32,000 bases of DNA from Dehalococcoidia bacterium (GCA_965225925.1 CBDDBY010000005.1:2028484-2060483); one strand, 5' to 3'; shown: positions 8,385-17,607, counted from the stretch's first letter. Notes: a model not told the origin generated them from the letters alone. Program-made: numbers and translations.

Positions 8385-9353
8385 ATGAACCAGAAGCGGA
8401 TCGGAGTGGTGGTGGGGGGGACAGGATTTATAGACCCCCTCAGCCCGGATCTCCTTAAGGAGATCGAGGAGGCGGAGGGCCTGGGTATTCCGGCGGTTTG
8501 GATGCCAACATTCTTCGGGGGCCCCGAGCCCTTGACTATGTTCGCCAGTGCCGCTGTGCGCACCGAAAAAATTCAAATGGGCTCCTCTATCGTGCCCACC
8601 TATCCCCGGCATCCGGTGGTCACGGCCCACCAGGTAGAAGTCATCGCCCAGCTTGCCCCCGGGCGCTTCCGGTTGGGAGTTGGGCCAAGCCATGGGCCTT
8701 TAATTCGGGACATCTACGGGTTGGACTTCAGGGCCCCTCTTGCGGGCCTCAGTGAGTACATGCATATACTCAAAGTTCTGTTAAAGGAGGGCGCGGTGGA
8801 CTTCGACGGGCGCCACTACAGTGCCCATGCCCGCATGGCCGCCCCGGTGGATGTGCCGGTCATGGCCTCTGCCCTCCGGCCCAAGTCCTTCGAGTTGTGT
8901 GGGGCCGAGTCCGATGGGGCCATCAGCTGGGACTGCCCCGGCGCATACCTGCGGGACGTGGCCTTGCCCGCCATGAAGGCCGGAGCTGACCGGGCCGGCC
9001 GGCCTGTGCCGCCTCTGCTTGCCCATGCCCCGGTGTGTGTCCATGATGACCCGGAGGAGGGGCGGGCCGCCATGAGGGAGCACCTTTTCAGCCCGCTTCT
9101 GCCCTTCTACCGGCGTATGTTTGCCGCCGCGGGATTCCCTGAGGCCTCCAACGGGGAATGGAGCGACGCCATGATAGACGCCGTGGCCCTGTGGGGTAAC
9201 GAGTCCCAGGTGGGAGAAAAGCTGCTGTGGCTGTTCGAGATTGGCGCCACCGAGGTCGTGGCGGCGCCTGTACCGGCGGGGAAAGACCCGGAGGCCTCAA
9301 TGAAGCGCACCCTTCGGCTGCTGTCCCAGGTTTCACCCCACGTTTCACCCTAG
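8385..9353 (+). CDS. LLM-class F420/flavin-dependent oxidoreductase, tandem copy B (322 aa)
   Basis: Same length and blocks as copy A. AAGGA SD precedes the ATG. A 30-nt stretch (9153-9182) is identical to 8166-8195 in copy A. Confidence 0.85.
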   Translation: MNQKRIGVVVGGTGFIDPLSPDLLKEIEEAEGLGIPAVWMPTFFGGPEPLTMFASAAVRTEKIQMGSSIVPTYPRHPVVTAHQVEVIAQLAPGRFRLGVGPSHGPLIRDIYGLDFRAPLAGLSEYMHILKVLLKEGAVDFDGRHYSAHARMAAPVDVPVMASALRPKSFELCGAESDGAISWDCPGAYLRDVALPAMKAGADRAGRPVPPLLAHAPVCVHDDPEEGRAAMREHLFSPLLPFYRRMFAAAGFPEASNGEWSDAMIDAVALWGNESQVGEKLLWLFEIGATEVVAAPVPAGKDPEASMKRTLRLLSQVSPHVSP

Positions 9354-9364
9354 GAGGTTGTGGA

Positions 9365-10303
9365 ATGAGCGGAAAAATCATCGGCATATCGGTATTGGGT
9401 CCTGATAGCCAGGCGGTGCTGGCCGAGATAGAGAGGGCCGAAGAGCTGGGCATCGGGGCTGTCTGGCTGACCACGGGTGTGGGCCTGGACGCCCTCACCC
9501 TCTTCGCCGCCGCCGCCGTGCGGACGCGCCGCATCTTGCTTGGAACGGCCATAACCCCAACATTTCCCCGGCACCCCGTGGTGGTTGCCCAGCAGGTCCA
9601 AGTCCTGCATCACCTGGCCCCGGGCCGGTTCCGCCTGGGGGTCGGCCCCAGCCATCGCCCCATCATGGAGGGTACATTCGGCGTTGACTTCCATGCTCCC
9701 CTGGGGCACCTGAGCGAGTACATCCATATCCTCAAGTCTTTGTTGCACAAGGGGGCCGTGGACTTCAATGGGCGCTACTACAAATCCCATACCGAGATGG
9801 GGTTGACCGTGGATGTTCCTGTTATGGCCTCGGCCCTTCAGGCCAGGTCCTTCGAGCTGTGTGGGGCCGAGGCGGACGGGGCCATAAGCTGGGTCTGCCC
9901 TGGGAAATACTTGAAGGAGGTGGCCCTGCCGGCCATGAAGGCCGGGGCGCAGAAGGCCGGACGACAGTTGCCACCTCTAATCGCCCACGCGCCGGTCTGC
10001 GTCCACGACAACCCCGATGAGGTCCGGGCCGCCATCCGGGAACAGGTGACCAACCCCAGGATGGCCTTCTACCAGCGAATGTTTGCATCTGCGGGCTTTC
10101 CCGAGGCCTCAGGCGGTACGTGGAGCGACGCCATGATGGACGCCACGGCGCTGACTGGGAACGAGTCTCAGGTGGAAGAGAAGTTGGATGAGATGTTTGC
10201 TCTGGGCGCAACCGAAATACTGGCGTCGCCCATTGCCGCCGGAGCCGACCGGGCGGCTTCGCTTGAACGGACGTTGAGGCTGCTGGCCCGGGTTTCATCC
10301 TAA
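9365..10303 (+). CDS. LLM-class F420/flavin-dependent oxidoreductase, tandem copy C (312 aa)
   Basis: The track ORF opens at 9227 inside copy B. The ATG at 9365 (MSGKIIGISVLG) follows an AGGAGG SD (9352-9357) and aligns with the N-termini of copies A and B. Confidence 0.85.
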   Translation: MSGKIIGISVLGPDSQAVLAEIERAEELGIGAVWLTTGVGLDALTLFAAAAVRTRRILLGTAITPTFPRHPVVVAQQVQVLHHLAPGRFRLGVGPSHRPIMEGTFGVDFHAPLGHLSEYIHILKSLLHKGAVDFNGRYYKSHTEMGLTVDVPVMASALQARSFELCGAEADGAISWVCPGKYLKEVALPAMKAGAQKAGRQLPPLIAHAPVCVHDNPDEVRAAIREQVTNPRMAFYQRMFASAGFPEASGGTWSDAMMDATALTGNESQVEEKLDEMFALGATEILASPIAAGADRAASLERTLRLLARVSS

Positions 10304-10361
10304 GCCTTTTGCCCGTACGTCTGGCGGCCCATAGGGGCGCGGCAGGGTGATTCCCCCGGCG

Positions 10362-11561
10362 CTAGCGCAGAAGCCGGCGTTTCTGGGCTTCGAACTCCTC
10401 AGGGGTGAGGTAGCCCTGTTCGAGAAGGCGGGCTAGACGCTCCAGCCTGCCCACTGTGTCGTTCCCATTTCCAACGCCGTTGGGCCAGGCCACGAGGCTC
10501 TTGTCCAGCTTGTTAACGTCCGTTACGCCGCACAACGCCATTTCGCGGTCCAGTTCGTCCCGTAGGATCTCCAGCACGCGACGCACACCATCCTCGCCAG
10601 CCACCGACAGGCCCCAGAAGTTGGCCCGGCCGATAAATATCCCTTTAGCTCCCAGGGCCAGGGATTTCAACACGTCACCACCACGCCGGATCCCGCTGTC
10701 TAGGTACACTTCCAGGCCGTCGCCAACGGCATCCATAACCTCAGGAAGCATCTCAATAGAGGCGATGGTCCCCTGGAGAGTGTGGCCACCGTGGTTGGAG
10801 ACGATGAGGGCATCCGCGCCGTGCTCTAAGCACAGCTTCGCGTCCTCTCCCGTCTGAATTCCCTTTATGATCAGGGGGAGGGAGGTGATGGAACGCACCC
10901 ACTCCAGATCGGACCAGATGAAGGACCCGTCGAAGGACTCGTTAATGGCGTCTATGGTTGGCAGGTTCGGCCGATCAATTCCTTCAAAGTTCTTCAGGAA
11001 TCTGAAGGGGTCCGCCGTAGTGGAGTACTTTACCTGCATCTCTCTCATCAGCCAGGAAGGTGCCCCCAGGTTGTCCACAGTGAGGATTATGGCAGTATAT
11101 CCAGCCGCCACGGCCCGCTCCACCAGGATCCTGGAGATCTCTCGGTCGCGGAACATATAAAGCTGAAACCATATAGGTCCGGTTGCGGCGGCAGCCACCT
11201 CCTCCAAACTGTAGTTCGAGGCGGTGCTGAGGGCCAAGAGGGTGCCTACGGCCCCGGCGGCACGGACCGAGGCCAGCTCGCCGTCGGGGTGGACCCGCTG
11301 GTGACTCCCCGCGGGGGCTAGCATCACGGGGAAGTTTATCTTGTGCCCCAGCACCTCCGTGGAGAGATTACGGTGGGTCACGTCCACCATTACCCGAGGC
11401 CGGAGGGCCAACCGCTGGAAGGCTTTAACGTTGTTAGTATTCGTGATGTGGTCCGGGTCATCCAGGTTGCCAAAGACGTTATCGTACAGATACGGCGGCG
11501 TGGTCTCCCTGGCTTTATCTTCATAGTCACCCACCGTTATCAGAGATGATAGGACGTCCAA
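10362..11561 (-). CDS. FMN-dependent alpha-hydroxy-acid oxidase/dehydrogenase-family protein with C-terminal SHOCT-like tail (399 aa)
   Basis: TTG start 6 nt after GGAGGAG. Family blocks are present: LIIKGIQTGEDA, VSNHGGH, DSGIRRGGDVLKSLALGA. The C-terminal LERLARLLEQGYLTPEEFEAQKRRLL matches the SHOCT short C-terminal domain pattern. Confidence 0.8.
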   Translation of the reverse strand: MDVLSSLITVGDYEDKARETTPPYLYDNVFGNLDDPDHITNTNNVKAFQRLALRPRVMVDVTHRNLSTEVLGHKINFPVMLAPAGSHQRVHPDGELASVRAAGAVGTLLALSTASNYSLEEVAAAATGPIWFQLYMFRDREISRILVERAVAAGYTAIILTVDNLGAPSWLMREMQVKYSTTADPFRFLKNFEGIDRPNLPTIDAINESFDGSFIWSDLEWVRSITSLPLIIKGIQTGEDAKLCLEHGADALIVSNHGGHTLQGTIASIEMLPEVMDAVGDGLEVYLDSGIRRGGDVLKSLALGAKGIFIGRANFWGLSVAGEDGVRRVLEILRDELDREMALCGVTDVNKLDKSLVAWPNGVGNGNDTVGRLERLARLLEQGYLTPEEFEAQKRRLLR

Positions 11562-11747
11562 TGCGCTCCTCCTGTTTTTTCTTTTAGCCGCGGCCTTGGG
11601 CGAAAGGTGCTATCAGCCGCTTTTGATTGTTTACACTCTTGATCTGGTGGCCAACCTACGGGCATATCCGGCCAGCCTGGGCGTAACCAGCTAATAATAC
11701 GGCCAGCCCGGATTTCCTGTCAACGACTGTGGAATTGGTGGCTGCGG

Positions 11748-11776
11748 TTTACGAACTTCGTCGCCGAGGGTATAAT
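11748..11776 (+). promoter_or_regulatory. Sigma70-like promoter candidate TTTACG-17-TATAAT
   Basis: A perfect -10 hexamer at 11771-11776 and a 17-nt spacer, about 115 nt upstream of the E1alpha start. Confidence 0.4.
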
Positions 11777-11890
11777 AGCGTTGACCCGGATTCGCATGGC
11801 AGAATATCCGCTAACTAGAGTCAGGGGAGAACATACGCTCCAGTGAGCCCCGGAGTGTCACCAGGAGGAGCCTATCCAATAGGGGGGTAG

Positions 11891-12919
11891 ATGGCGCAAA
11901 CCAAGGCAAAAAGCCAGGCAAAAGAGACCTTCAAGAACAATCACGGAAACCTTGGACTGACGGACCAGGAGATACTGGACTTTTATAAGCGAATGGTTCT
12001 TGTTCGTACCCTGGACGAGCGCGTTTGGACCCTGAACCGCCAGGGCAAGGTGCCCATCGCCGCCTCCAGCCAGGGGCACGAGGCCGCTGAGATGGGCAGC
12101 GTGTTGGCGGGCCTTAAGGATGGGGACTGTTTCTTCTTCCCCTACTACAGGAACTTGGCTCTGAAGATCATGTCTGGGCTAACCCCCCTTGAGGCGATGT
12201 TCTCCTTCATGGGCAAAAAGGGAGACCCCTACAGTGGAGGAAGGCAATTTCCGCTACAGGGCGCCAACCTGAAGAACCGGGTCATCCAGATCTCTAACGT
12301 GGTGGCTGCGGGCATGACCCAGGCGGTGGGCTACGCACTGGGCTCCAGGTTGTTGGGCGACAAGACCGTGTGCCTGTCCTACTTCGGTGATGGCGCCTCC
12401 AGCGAGGGAGAGTGTCACGAAGCCATGAACTTCGCGGGAGTGCACAAGCTGCCCGTGATATTCGTCTGCGAGAACAACGGATACGCCATCTCTGTCCCCC
12501 AGAATAAGCAGATGGTGGTGAGGGACCTGGCCGACCGGGCGGCGGGTTACGGCTTCCCGGGGTTCGTAGTGGACGGGATGGACTTTTTCCAGGTCTTTGA
12601 GGCGACCAAGGAGGCCATATCCCATGCCCGCTCCCAGGGACCCGTCTTGCTGGAAATGAAGGTGGTGCGGTACATGCCCCACACTACCGACGACGACGAC
12701 CGGCGGTACCGGCCCAAGGATGAAGTGGAGGAAGGCCGCCAGCGTGACCCCATCCTTTCACTGCGCTCATACCTGATGAGGGTGGACCTTTTGACCGAGG
12801 AGCAGGAGGAGGAGATACGCCGGGAGTCCAGGGCCGAGGTTAACCGGGCCACCGATGAAGGTGAGGCCGCACCCGATCCTGACCCTTCAACCATCTACGA
12901 CCACGTATACGCGCCTTAG
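11891..12919 (+). CDS. 2-oxoacid (branched-chain/pyruvate-type) dehydrogenase E1 alpha subunit, TPP-dependent (342 aa)
   Basis: TPP-binding block GDGASSEGECHEAMNFAGVHKLPVIFVCENNGYAIS. It is followed by E1beta and E2. Confidence 0.9.
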   Translation: MAQTKAKSQAKETFKNNHGNLGLTDQEILDFYKRMVLVRTLDERVWTLNRQGKVPIAASSQGHEAAEMGSVLAGLKDGDCFFFPYYRNLALKIMSGLTPLEAMFSFMGKKGDPYSGGRQFPLQGANLKNRVIQISNVVAAGMTQAVGYALGSRLLGDKTVCLSYFGDGASSEGECHEAMNFAGVHKLPVIFVCENNGYAISVPQNKQMVVRDLADRAAGYGFPGFVVDGMDFFQVFEATKEAISHARSQGPVLLEMKVVRYMPHTTDDDDRRYRPKDEVEEGRQRDPILSLRSYLMRVDLLTEEQEEEIRRESRAEVNRATDEGEAAPDPDPSTIYDHVYAP

Positions 12920-12930
12920 GGAGGTTGTCC

Positions 12931-13914
12931 TTGGCAGTCATTTCGGTAATTGAGGCAGTCCGCCAGGCCATGTACGAGGAGATGAAGAGGGACTCCAGGG
13001 TCATCATCTTGGGTGAGGACGTGGGGTTGCGGGGAGGTGTCTTCCTGGCTACCGATGGGCTTCAACAGGAATTCGGGGAGGACAGGGTGATAGACAGCCC
13101 TCTGGCCGAGGCATCCATCGTCGGCATTGCCGCTGGGGCCGCCTTCAAAGGGATGCGTCCCATCGCCGAGATACAGTTTTCGGATTTCGTTTGGCCCGCG
13201 GCCAACCAGCTCATCGGCGAGACGGCGCGGGCGTGCTACGGCAGCAACGGAGCTTTGTCCGTGCCCATGGTGGTGCGGATCCCCTACGGCGGCGGTATTC
13301 ACGGGGGCCTTTTCCACTCCCAGAACGTGGAAGCCGTTTTCTTTCATACCCCGGGCCTTAAGGTTGTCGCTCCCGCCACTCCATATGACGCCAAGGGCCT
13401 GCTGAAGTCATCCATAAGGGACAACAGCCCAGTGGTATTCATCGAGCACAAGAAGACCTACCGGCTTGTACGTGGAGAAGTCCCGGAGGAAGAGTACCTG
13501 TTGCCCATCGGCGTGGCGGATGTGAAGCGCAGCGGCACCGACATCTCGTTGATGACCTACGGCCTGGTGCTGCACTATTGCCTAGAAGCTGCGGAAATCC
13601 TCGCTGAAGAGGGAGTTAGCGTGGAGGTGGTCGACCTGCGGACGCTGAAACCTCTGGACAGGCAGGCCATCCTGGACTCGGTGAAAAAGACGGGGAAGGC
13701 ACTCATAGTGCACGAGGACAACGTCACTGGGGGCGTGGGTGCGGAGATTTCCGCGTTGCTGGCGGAGGAGGCCTTCGAACACATGGATGCGCCCATAATG
13801 CGGGTATGCGGACCCGACGTGCCTACCATGCCCTTCTCCACCCCATTGGAAGACGCCTACATGCCCGACGCCGAGCGGATCGCCGCCGCGCTGAGAAAGC
13901 TGGCGGCCTACTGA
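12931..13914 (+). CDS. 2-oxoacid dehydrogenase E1 beta subunit
   Basis: Transketolase-like blocks (ILGEDVG..GGVF, RVIDSPLAEASIVGIAAGAA). The ORF opens at a TTG at 12925, directly abutting GGGAGG. The in-frame TTG at 12931 has better 6-nt spacing. Confidence 0.9.
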   Translation: MAVISVIEAVRQAMYEEMKRDSRVIILGEDVGLRGGVFLATDGLQQEFGEDRVIDSPLAEASIVGIAAGAAFKGMRPIAEIQFSDFVWPAANQLIGETARACYGSNGALSVPMVVRIPYGGGIHGGLFHSQNVEAVFFHTPGLKVVAPATPYDAKGLLKSSIRDNSPVVFIEHKKTYRLVRGEVPEEEYLLPIGVADVKRSGTDISLMTYGLVLHYCLEAAEILAEEGVSVEVVDLRTLKPLDRQAILDSVKKTGKALIVHEDNVTGGVGAEISALLAEEAFEHMDAPIMRVCGPDVPTMPFSTPLEDAYMPDAERIAAALRKLAAY

Positions 13915-14087
13915 CCCGGTTGGCTGCCTCGTCCCGGGGGCCTGCCAGCCGTAACGCCGGGATATTATCAACGCCTTTTCATGCAGGCTATAATGTTTGA
14001 GAATTTTGAATAGAAAGCTATCCCCAGGTCCGAGGATAACAACTGGCTTAAAGAGGGGTCCAGGAGACCCCGCCTAAGGATGGTGAG

Positions 14088-15434
14088 ATGCCCATAACCA
14101 TAGACCTTCCCCAGGTCGGCGAGTCGGTGGTGGAAGGGATAATCGGGAAGTGGCTGAAGAAGCCAGGGGATAGGGTGGAGAAATACAACCCCCTGGTTGA
14201 GGTGGTCACTGATAAGGTAACCATGGAGGTCCCATCCCCCGTCGACGGCGTGCTGACCCGCATCCTGGCCGAGGAGGGCGCCACGGTGCCGATGGGGGCC
14301 CCCATCGCCGAGGTGGAGACCGAAGACGGACAGACCGCCGTTTCGGGACCTGCCCCTGCGGCCCAGGCCCCTCCAGCCTCGGAGCAGGCCCCCCGAGAGG
14401 CGGGCACCATTGGCTACTTGGTCAAGGACGTCAAGCCGGTGGGGCCGACGGGTGGGGGAATCGGTGAGCCAGAGCCGCCACCGGATAGGCCGCGAACGCC
14501 GCCGGCAGCGCGTTCATCAATGCCAAATCCCACCGTGGCGCCCAGCCGGGAACGCCCCGGCGCCGACCGTGCCCGCTACTCCCCAGCGGTACGACGGCTG
14601 GCCCAGGAACACAACGTGGACCTGGCCATTGTGAAAGGCACCGGTGGCGCAGGCCGCACTACCAGGGACGACGTTATGAGGTACGTGGAGGACGGCGGGA
14701 CTAAAGCCGCTCCAGCACCTGCAATCCACACTGGTCCCCAACAGGAAGAGTTGGCCCTCAGCCCGGTCAGACGCCTCATCGCCCAGCACATGGTGAAGAG
14801 CGCCACCGAGATACCCCATGCCTGGAGCATGGTGGAGGTGGACGTTAACAGCCTGGTGAAATTCCGGGAAGCCGTGAAGGCGGAGTTCCAGCAGCGGGAG
14901 GGAATGGGGCTAACCTACCTCCCTTTCGTCATCAAGGCGGTGGTGGAGTCGCTCAAGGAACACCCTATGTTGAACTCCAGTTGGGGCGGCGACAAGATTA
15001 TCTTGAACAGGAAGATCCATGTGGGCATCGCCGTGGCCGCAGCCGAGGGGCTGGTGGTCCCTGTAATTCATAACGCCGATACCCTGAGTATAGCCAGGCT
15101 GGCCAAGTCGGCCGGCGACCTGACCGCAAGGGCGCGGGAGGGCAAGCTTATTTTGGAGGACGTGCAGGGCGGCACCTTCACCGTGAACAACACGGGCGCA
15201 CTGGGCTCTATCGTTTCTCAGCCCATAATCAACCATCCCCAGGCGGCCATACTCACCACCGAGGCCATTCAGAAGCGGCCGGTGATAGTCCAGGACGCCA
15301 TCGCCATCCGGCATATGATCAACATATGTCTCTCCTTCGACCACCGCATCGTGGACGGCGCCCTATCCGGGGCCTTCCTCCAGTCGGTGAAGCGCCGCCT
15401 GGAGGCCATGGGTCCGGACACACCTATATATTAA
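14088..15434 (+). CDS. Dihydrolipoamide acyltransferase E2 (448 aa)
   Basis: It has an N-terminal lipoyl domain with the VVTDKVTMEVPSP lipoyl-lysine box and a Pro/Ala-rich linker. It also has the peripheral subunit-binding box SPAVRRLAQEHNVDL and the catalytic DHRIVDG box. Confidence 0.92.
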   Translation: MPITIDLPQVGESVVEGIIGKWLKKPGDRVEKYNPLVEVVTDKVTMEVPSPVDGVLTRILAEEGATVPMGAPIAEVETEDGQTAVSGPAPAAQAPPASEQAPREAGTIGYLVKDVKPVGPTGGGIGEPEPPPDRPRTPPAARSSMPNPTVAPSRERPGADRARYSPAVRRLAQEHNVDLAIVKGTGGAGRTTRDDVMRYVEDGGTKAAPAPAIHTGPQQEELALSPVRRLIAQHMVKSATEIPHAWSMVEVDVNSLVKFREAVKAEFQQREGMGLTYLPFVIKAVVESLKEHPMLNSSWGGDKIILNRKIHVGIAVAAAEGLVVPVIHNADTLSIARLAKSAGDLTARAREGKLILEDVQGGTFTVNNTGALGSIVSQPIINHPQAAILTTEAIQKRPVIVQDAIAIRHMINICLSFDHRIVDGALSGAFLQSVKRRLEAMGPDTPIY

Positions 15435-15448
15435 GGAGCCGGCCAGCC

Positions 15449-16180
15449 GTGCCAAAGCCTCCTACCTGCCGGGTCTTGAGGCTCGGTGTTATCGAATACC
15501 TGAAAGCCTGGGAGCTGCAAAGGGCCCTGGCCGCGCAGGTGCACCAGGGGTCCCAGTCCAGCACTCTCCTGCTGCTGGAGCATCCGCCGGTATATACCAT
15601 AGGACGGCGGGGGACCCGGGAGCAGGTCCGGTTGGATGACGACCAGATTTCACAAATGGGGGCATCCCTCCACGAGGCGGACAGGGGTGGACAGGTCACG
15701 TTCCACGGGCCCGGACAGCTTGTGGCCTACCCCGTGGCGGACCTCAGGGATTGGGGCGGCCCCGTCAAATACGTACGCACTTTGGAGCAGGTGATCCTCA
15801 AGACCCTGGCTGACTTCAGTATCAACGCCGGACTCATGGAGGGGTTGACGGGGGTGTGGGTGGGAGACGAACAGACGGATTCTGTACTAAGCCGTAAGAT
15901 AGCGGCCATTGGCGTCAAGATAAGCAGGGGAGTCTCGTACCACGGCCTGGCCCTCAACGTAAACACCGATCTTTCCTGGTTCGATAACATCATCCCCTGC
16001 GGGATTCCAGAGGTGACGGTTACATCCATGCAACAGGAGTCCGGAAGCCCTGTGGATAGTGACGCGGTGGCATACAGTCTGGCCTACCATTTTGGCCGGG
16101 AAATGGGCTTCCGCATGGTGGAGGTGGACTCTTTGGACGATGGGTCTGCGGTCACCGAATCCATGGGAGTCCAAGGCTAG
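15449..16180 (+). CDS. lipB: Lipoyl(octanoyl) transferase LipB (243 aa)
   Basis: GTG at 15449 lies 10 nt after AAGGAG (15433-15438) and downstream of the E2 stop. Motifs GGQVTFHGPGQLVAYP, KIAAIGVKISRGVSYHGLALNV and IIPCG are present. Confidence 0.88.
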   Translation: MPKPPTCRVLRLGVIEYLKAWELQRALAAQVHQGSQSSTLLLLEHPPVYTIGRRGTREQVRLDDDQISQMGASLHEADRGGQVTFHGPGQLVAYPVADLRDWGGPVKYVRTLEQVILKTLADFSINAGLMEGLTGVWVGDEQTDSVLSRKIAAIGVKISRGVSYHGLALNVNTDLSWFDNIIPCGIPEVTVTSMQQESGSPVDSDAVAYSLAYHFGREMGFRMVEVDSLDDGSAVTESMGVQG

Positions 16181-16205
16181 GCGCCTGCCGGTTTAAGGAC
16201 ATGGT

Positions 16206-16811
16206 TTGAGTACCCAGGCGAACGAAATAGATGTTGTTGGCGAGATTGATCGTATTTGGCGGGACTTCAGCCATCGCCTCAGATCCTTTATTCTACGCTG
16301 GGTCCACAACGAAGCCGACGCAGAGGACATTTTACAAGATGTCTTTTGGAAGATTCATAAAAAACTTCTGAGCCTTAATCAATCAACGAAACTGGAGTCT
16401 TGGATTTATCAGATTGCGCGAAACACGATCATTGACTACTATCGCCGCCAGGGAAAAGCACCTTTGTATGTTTCTGAGGTGCCTGAACATGGGTCGGAGC
16501 CATTTGACGCTGAAGGTACACCCGAGGAAGTGGCCGCCTGTCTCAAGCCCATGATCGCTGAATTGCCCGAAAAGTACCGGCAGGCCATCCGCTTGACCGA
16601 GTATGAAGGCTTGACCCAGAAAGAAATGGCGCAAAAGCTGGGGTTGTCCTTATCTGGAGCCAAATCCAAGGTACAGCGGGCCAGGGAAAATCTGAAAAAG
16701 TCACTACTGGCTTGCTGTCACTTCGAGTTTGACCGCCGCGGCCATATCCTTGACTATGAGCTCAAAGAGCAGACCTGTCGCTACTGTTCCCAAGAGATTG
16801 CCAGCAGGTAG
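16206..16811 (+). CDS. ECF sigma factor of the SigZ type with Cys-rich C-terminal extension (201 aa)
   Basis: Sigma region 2 (EDILQDVFWKI, WIYQIARNTIIDYYRR) and region 4 (LPEKYRQAIRLTEYEGLTQKEMAQKLGLSLSGAKSKVQRAR) are present. The tail CCHFEFDRRGHILDY..CRYC is the SigZ-family signature as I recall it. TTG start lies 7 nt after AAGGA. Confidence 0.8.
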   Translation: MSTQANEIDVVGEIDRIWRDFSHRLRSFILRWVHNEADAEDILQDVFWKIHKKLLSLNQSTKLESWIYQIARNTIIDYYRRQGKAPLYVSEVPEHGSEPFDAEGTPEEVAACLKPMIAELPEKYRQAIRLTEYEGLTQKEMAQKLGLSLSGAKSKVQRARENLKKSLLACCHFEFDRRGHILDYELKEQTCRYCSQEIASR

Positions 16812-16899
16812 TTTTGCGTCCTTTTTGCCGGACCTCCGTCTATAGGTATGGAAGGCCAGCAATGGCTGGACAAAACTATACACGATGGGGAGGTTTGAT

Positions 16900-17607
16900 A
16901 TGGCCGATTCTAAGGACGTAGTAGCAGACTGCGGTTGCTCGAAAGATACGACGGTGGCGGCTCTTGGACGTGGGCCTGGATGCTGCCCTGAGAGGGATGA
17001 AGCCGTGACAGGGGGAGGCGGTCCTGGGTGCTGTGGCCCGGAATGTTGTGGGGTGGAAGAAGACGTTGTTCCGAAAGGCGACATCCAAGCCGCCAGACGA
17101 CGTCTGGACATAGAATTTCTGTACCTGGACCTGACCGTTTGCCAGCGTTGTCAGGGCACCGAAAGAAGTCTTGAAGAGGCTCTTTCCGAGGTGGCCCAAG
17201 TGCTGGAACTGTCAGGCACTGAGTTGATACTTCGGAAGACTCATGTTCAGACGGAAGAACAAGCCCGTGCTCTTGGGTTCGTTAGCTCGCCCACAATTCG
17301 CATCAACGGCCGGGACATCCAGATGGTCCGTAGTGGTCCCACGGACGTGAAGGAAAGCCCATGCGGATGTGGCCCTGCCCTGTGCGGTCAGGACATAGAT
17401 TGCCGTGACTGGGTGTATCAGGGGGAGGCTCACGATAGGCCGCCTTTAGCGCTGATTGTAGGCGCCATTCTTAAGGAGGCATTTGCAGCTGGGGAAGACG
17501 CCCCGGAGACGCCAAGCCAATTTGGAGATGTTCCAGACAACCTGAGGAAATTCTTCACCGCCAAGCGCGGTCTTGTAGCCGACAAATCGGTGGAGCACGC
17601 TGCGTGA
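16900..17607 (+). CDS. DUF2703-type (thioredoxin-like) protein with Cys/Gly-rich N-terminal extension
   Basis: The ATG at 16900 lies 5 nt after GGGGAGG, while the track ORF opens at 16885. The core FLYLDLTVCQRCQGTE...SSPTIRINGRDI...CGCGPALCG..CRDW fits my recollection of DUF2703. The N-terminus has the vicinal Cys pairs GPGCC and PECCG, plus DCGC. Confidence 0.65.
   Translation: MADSKDVVADCGCSKDTTVAALGRGPGCCPERDEAVTGGGGPGCCGPECCGVEEDVVPKGDIQAARRRLDIEFLYLDLTVCQRCQGTERSLEEALSEVAQVLELSGTELILRKTHVQTEEQARALGFVSSPTIRINGRDIQMVRSGPTDVKESPCGCGPALCGQDIDCRDWVYQGEAHDRPPLALIVGAILKEAFAAGEDAPETPSQFGDVPDNLRKFFTAKRGLVADKSVEHAA

Noticed and set aside
9227-9364. Upstream extension of tandem LLM copy C (358-aa version)
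   Set aside because: The extension overlaps copy B, is Gly/Arg-rich, and has no counterpart in copies A and B. The ATG at 9365 has an AGGAGG SD and aligns with the paralogue N-termini.
7386-10303. Triplicated LLM genes as an assembly artefact or collapsed repeat
   Set aside because: The copies are substantially diverged at both protein and DNA level, apart from short tracts. Each has its own SD and distinct junctions, which fits genuine paralogues.
15326-15448. Upstream extension of lipB overlapping the E2 C-terminus
   Set aside because: The extension is an out-of-frame read of the conserved E2 catalytic end. The GTG at 15449 follows AAGGAG and yields a LipB of normal length.
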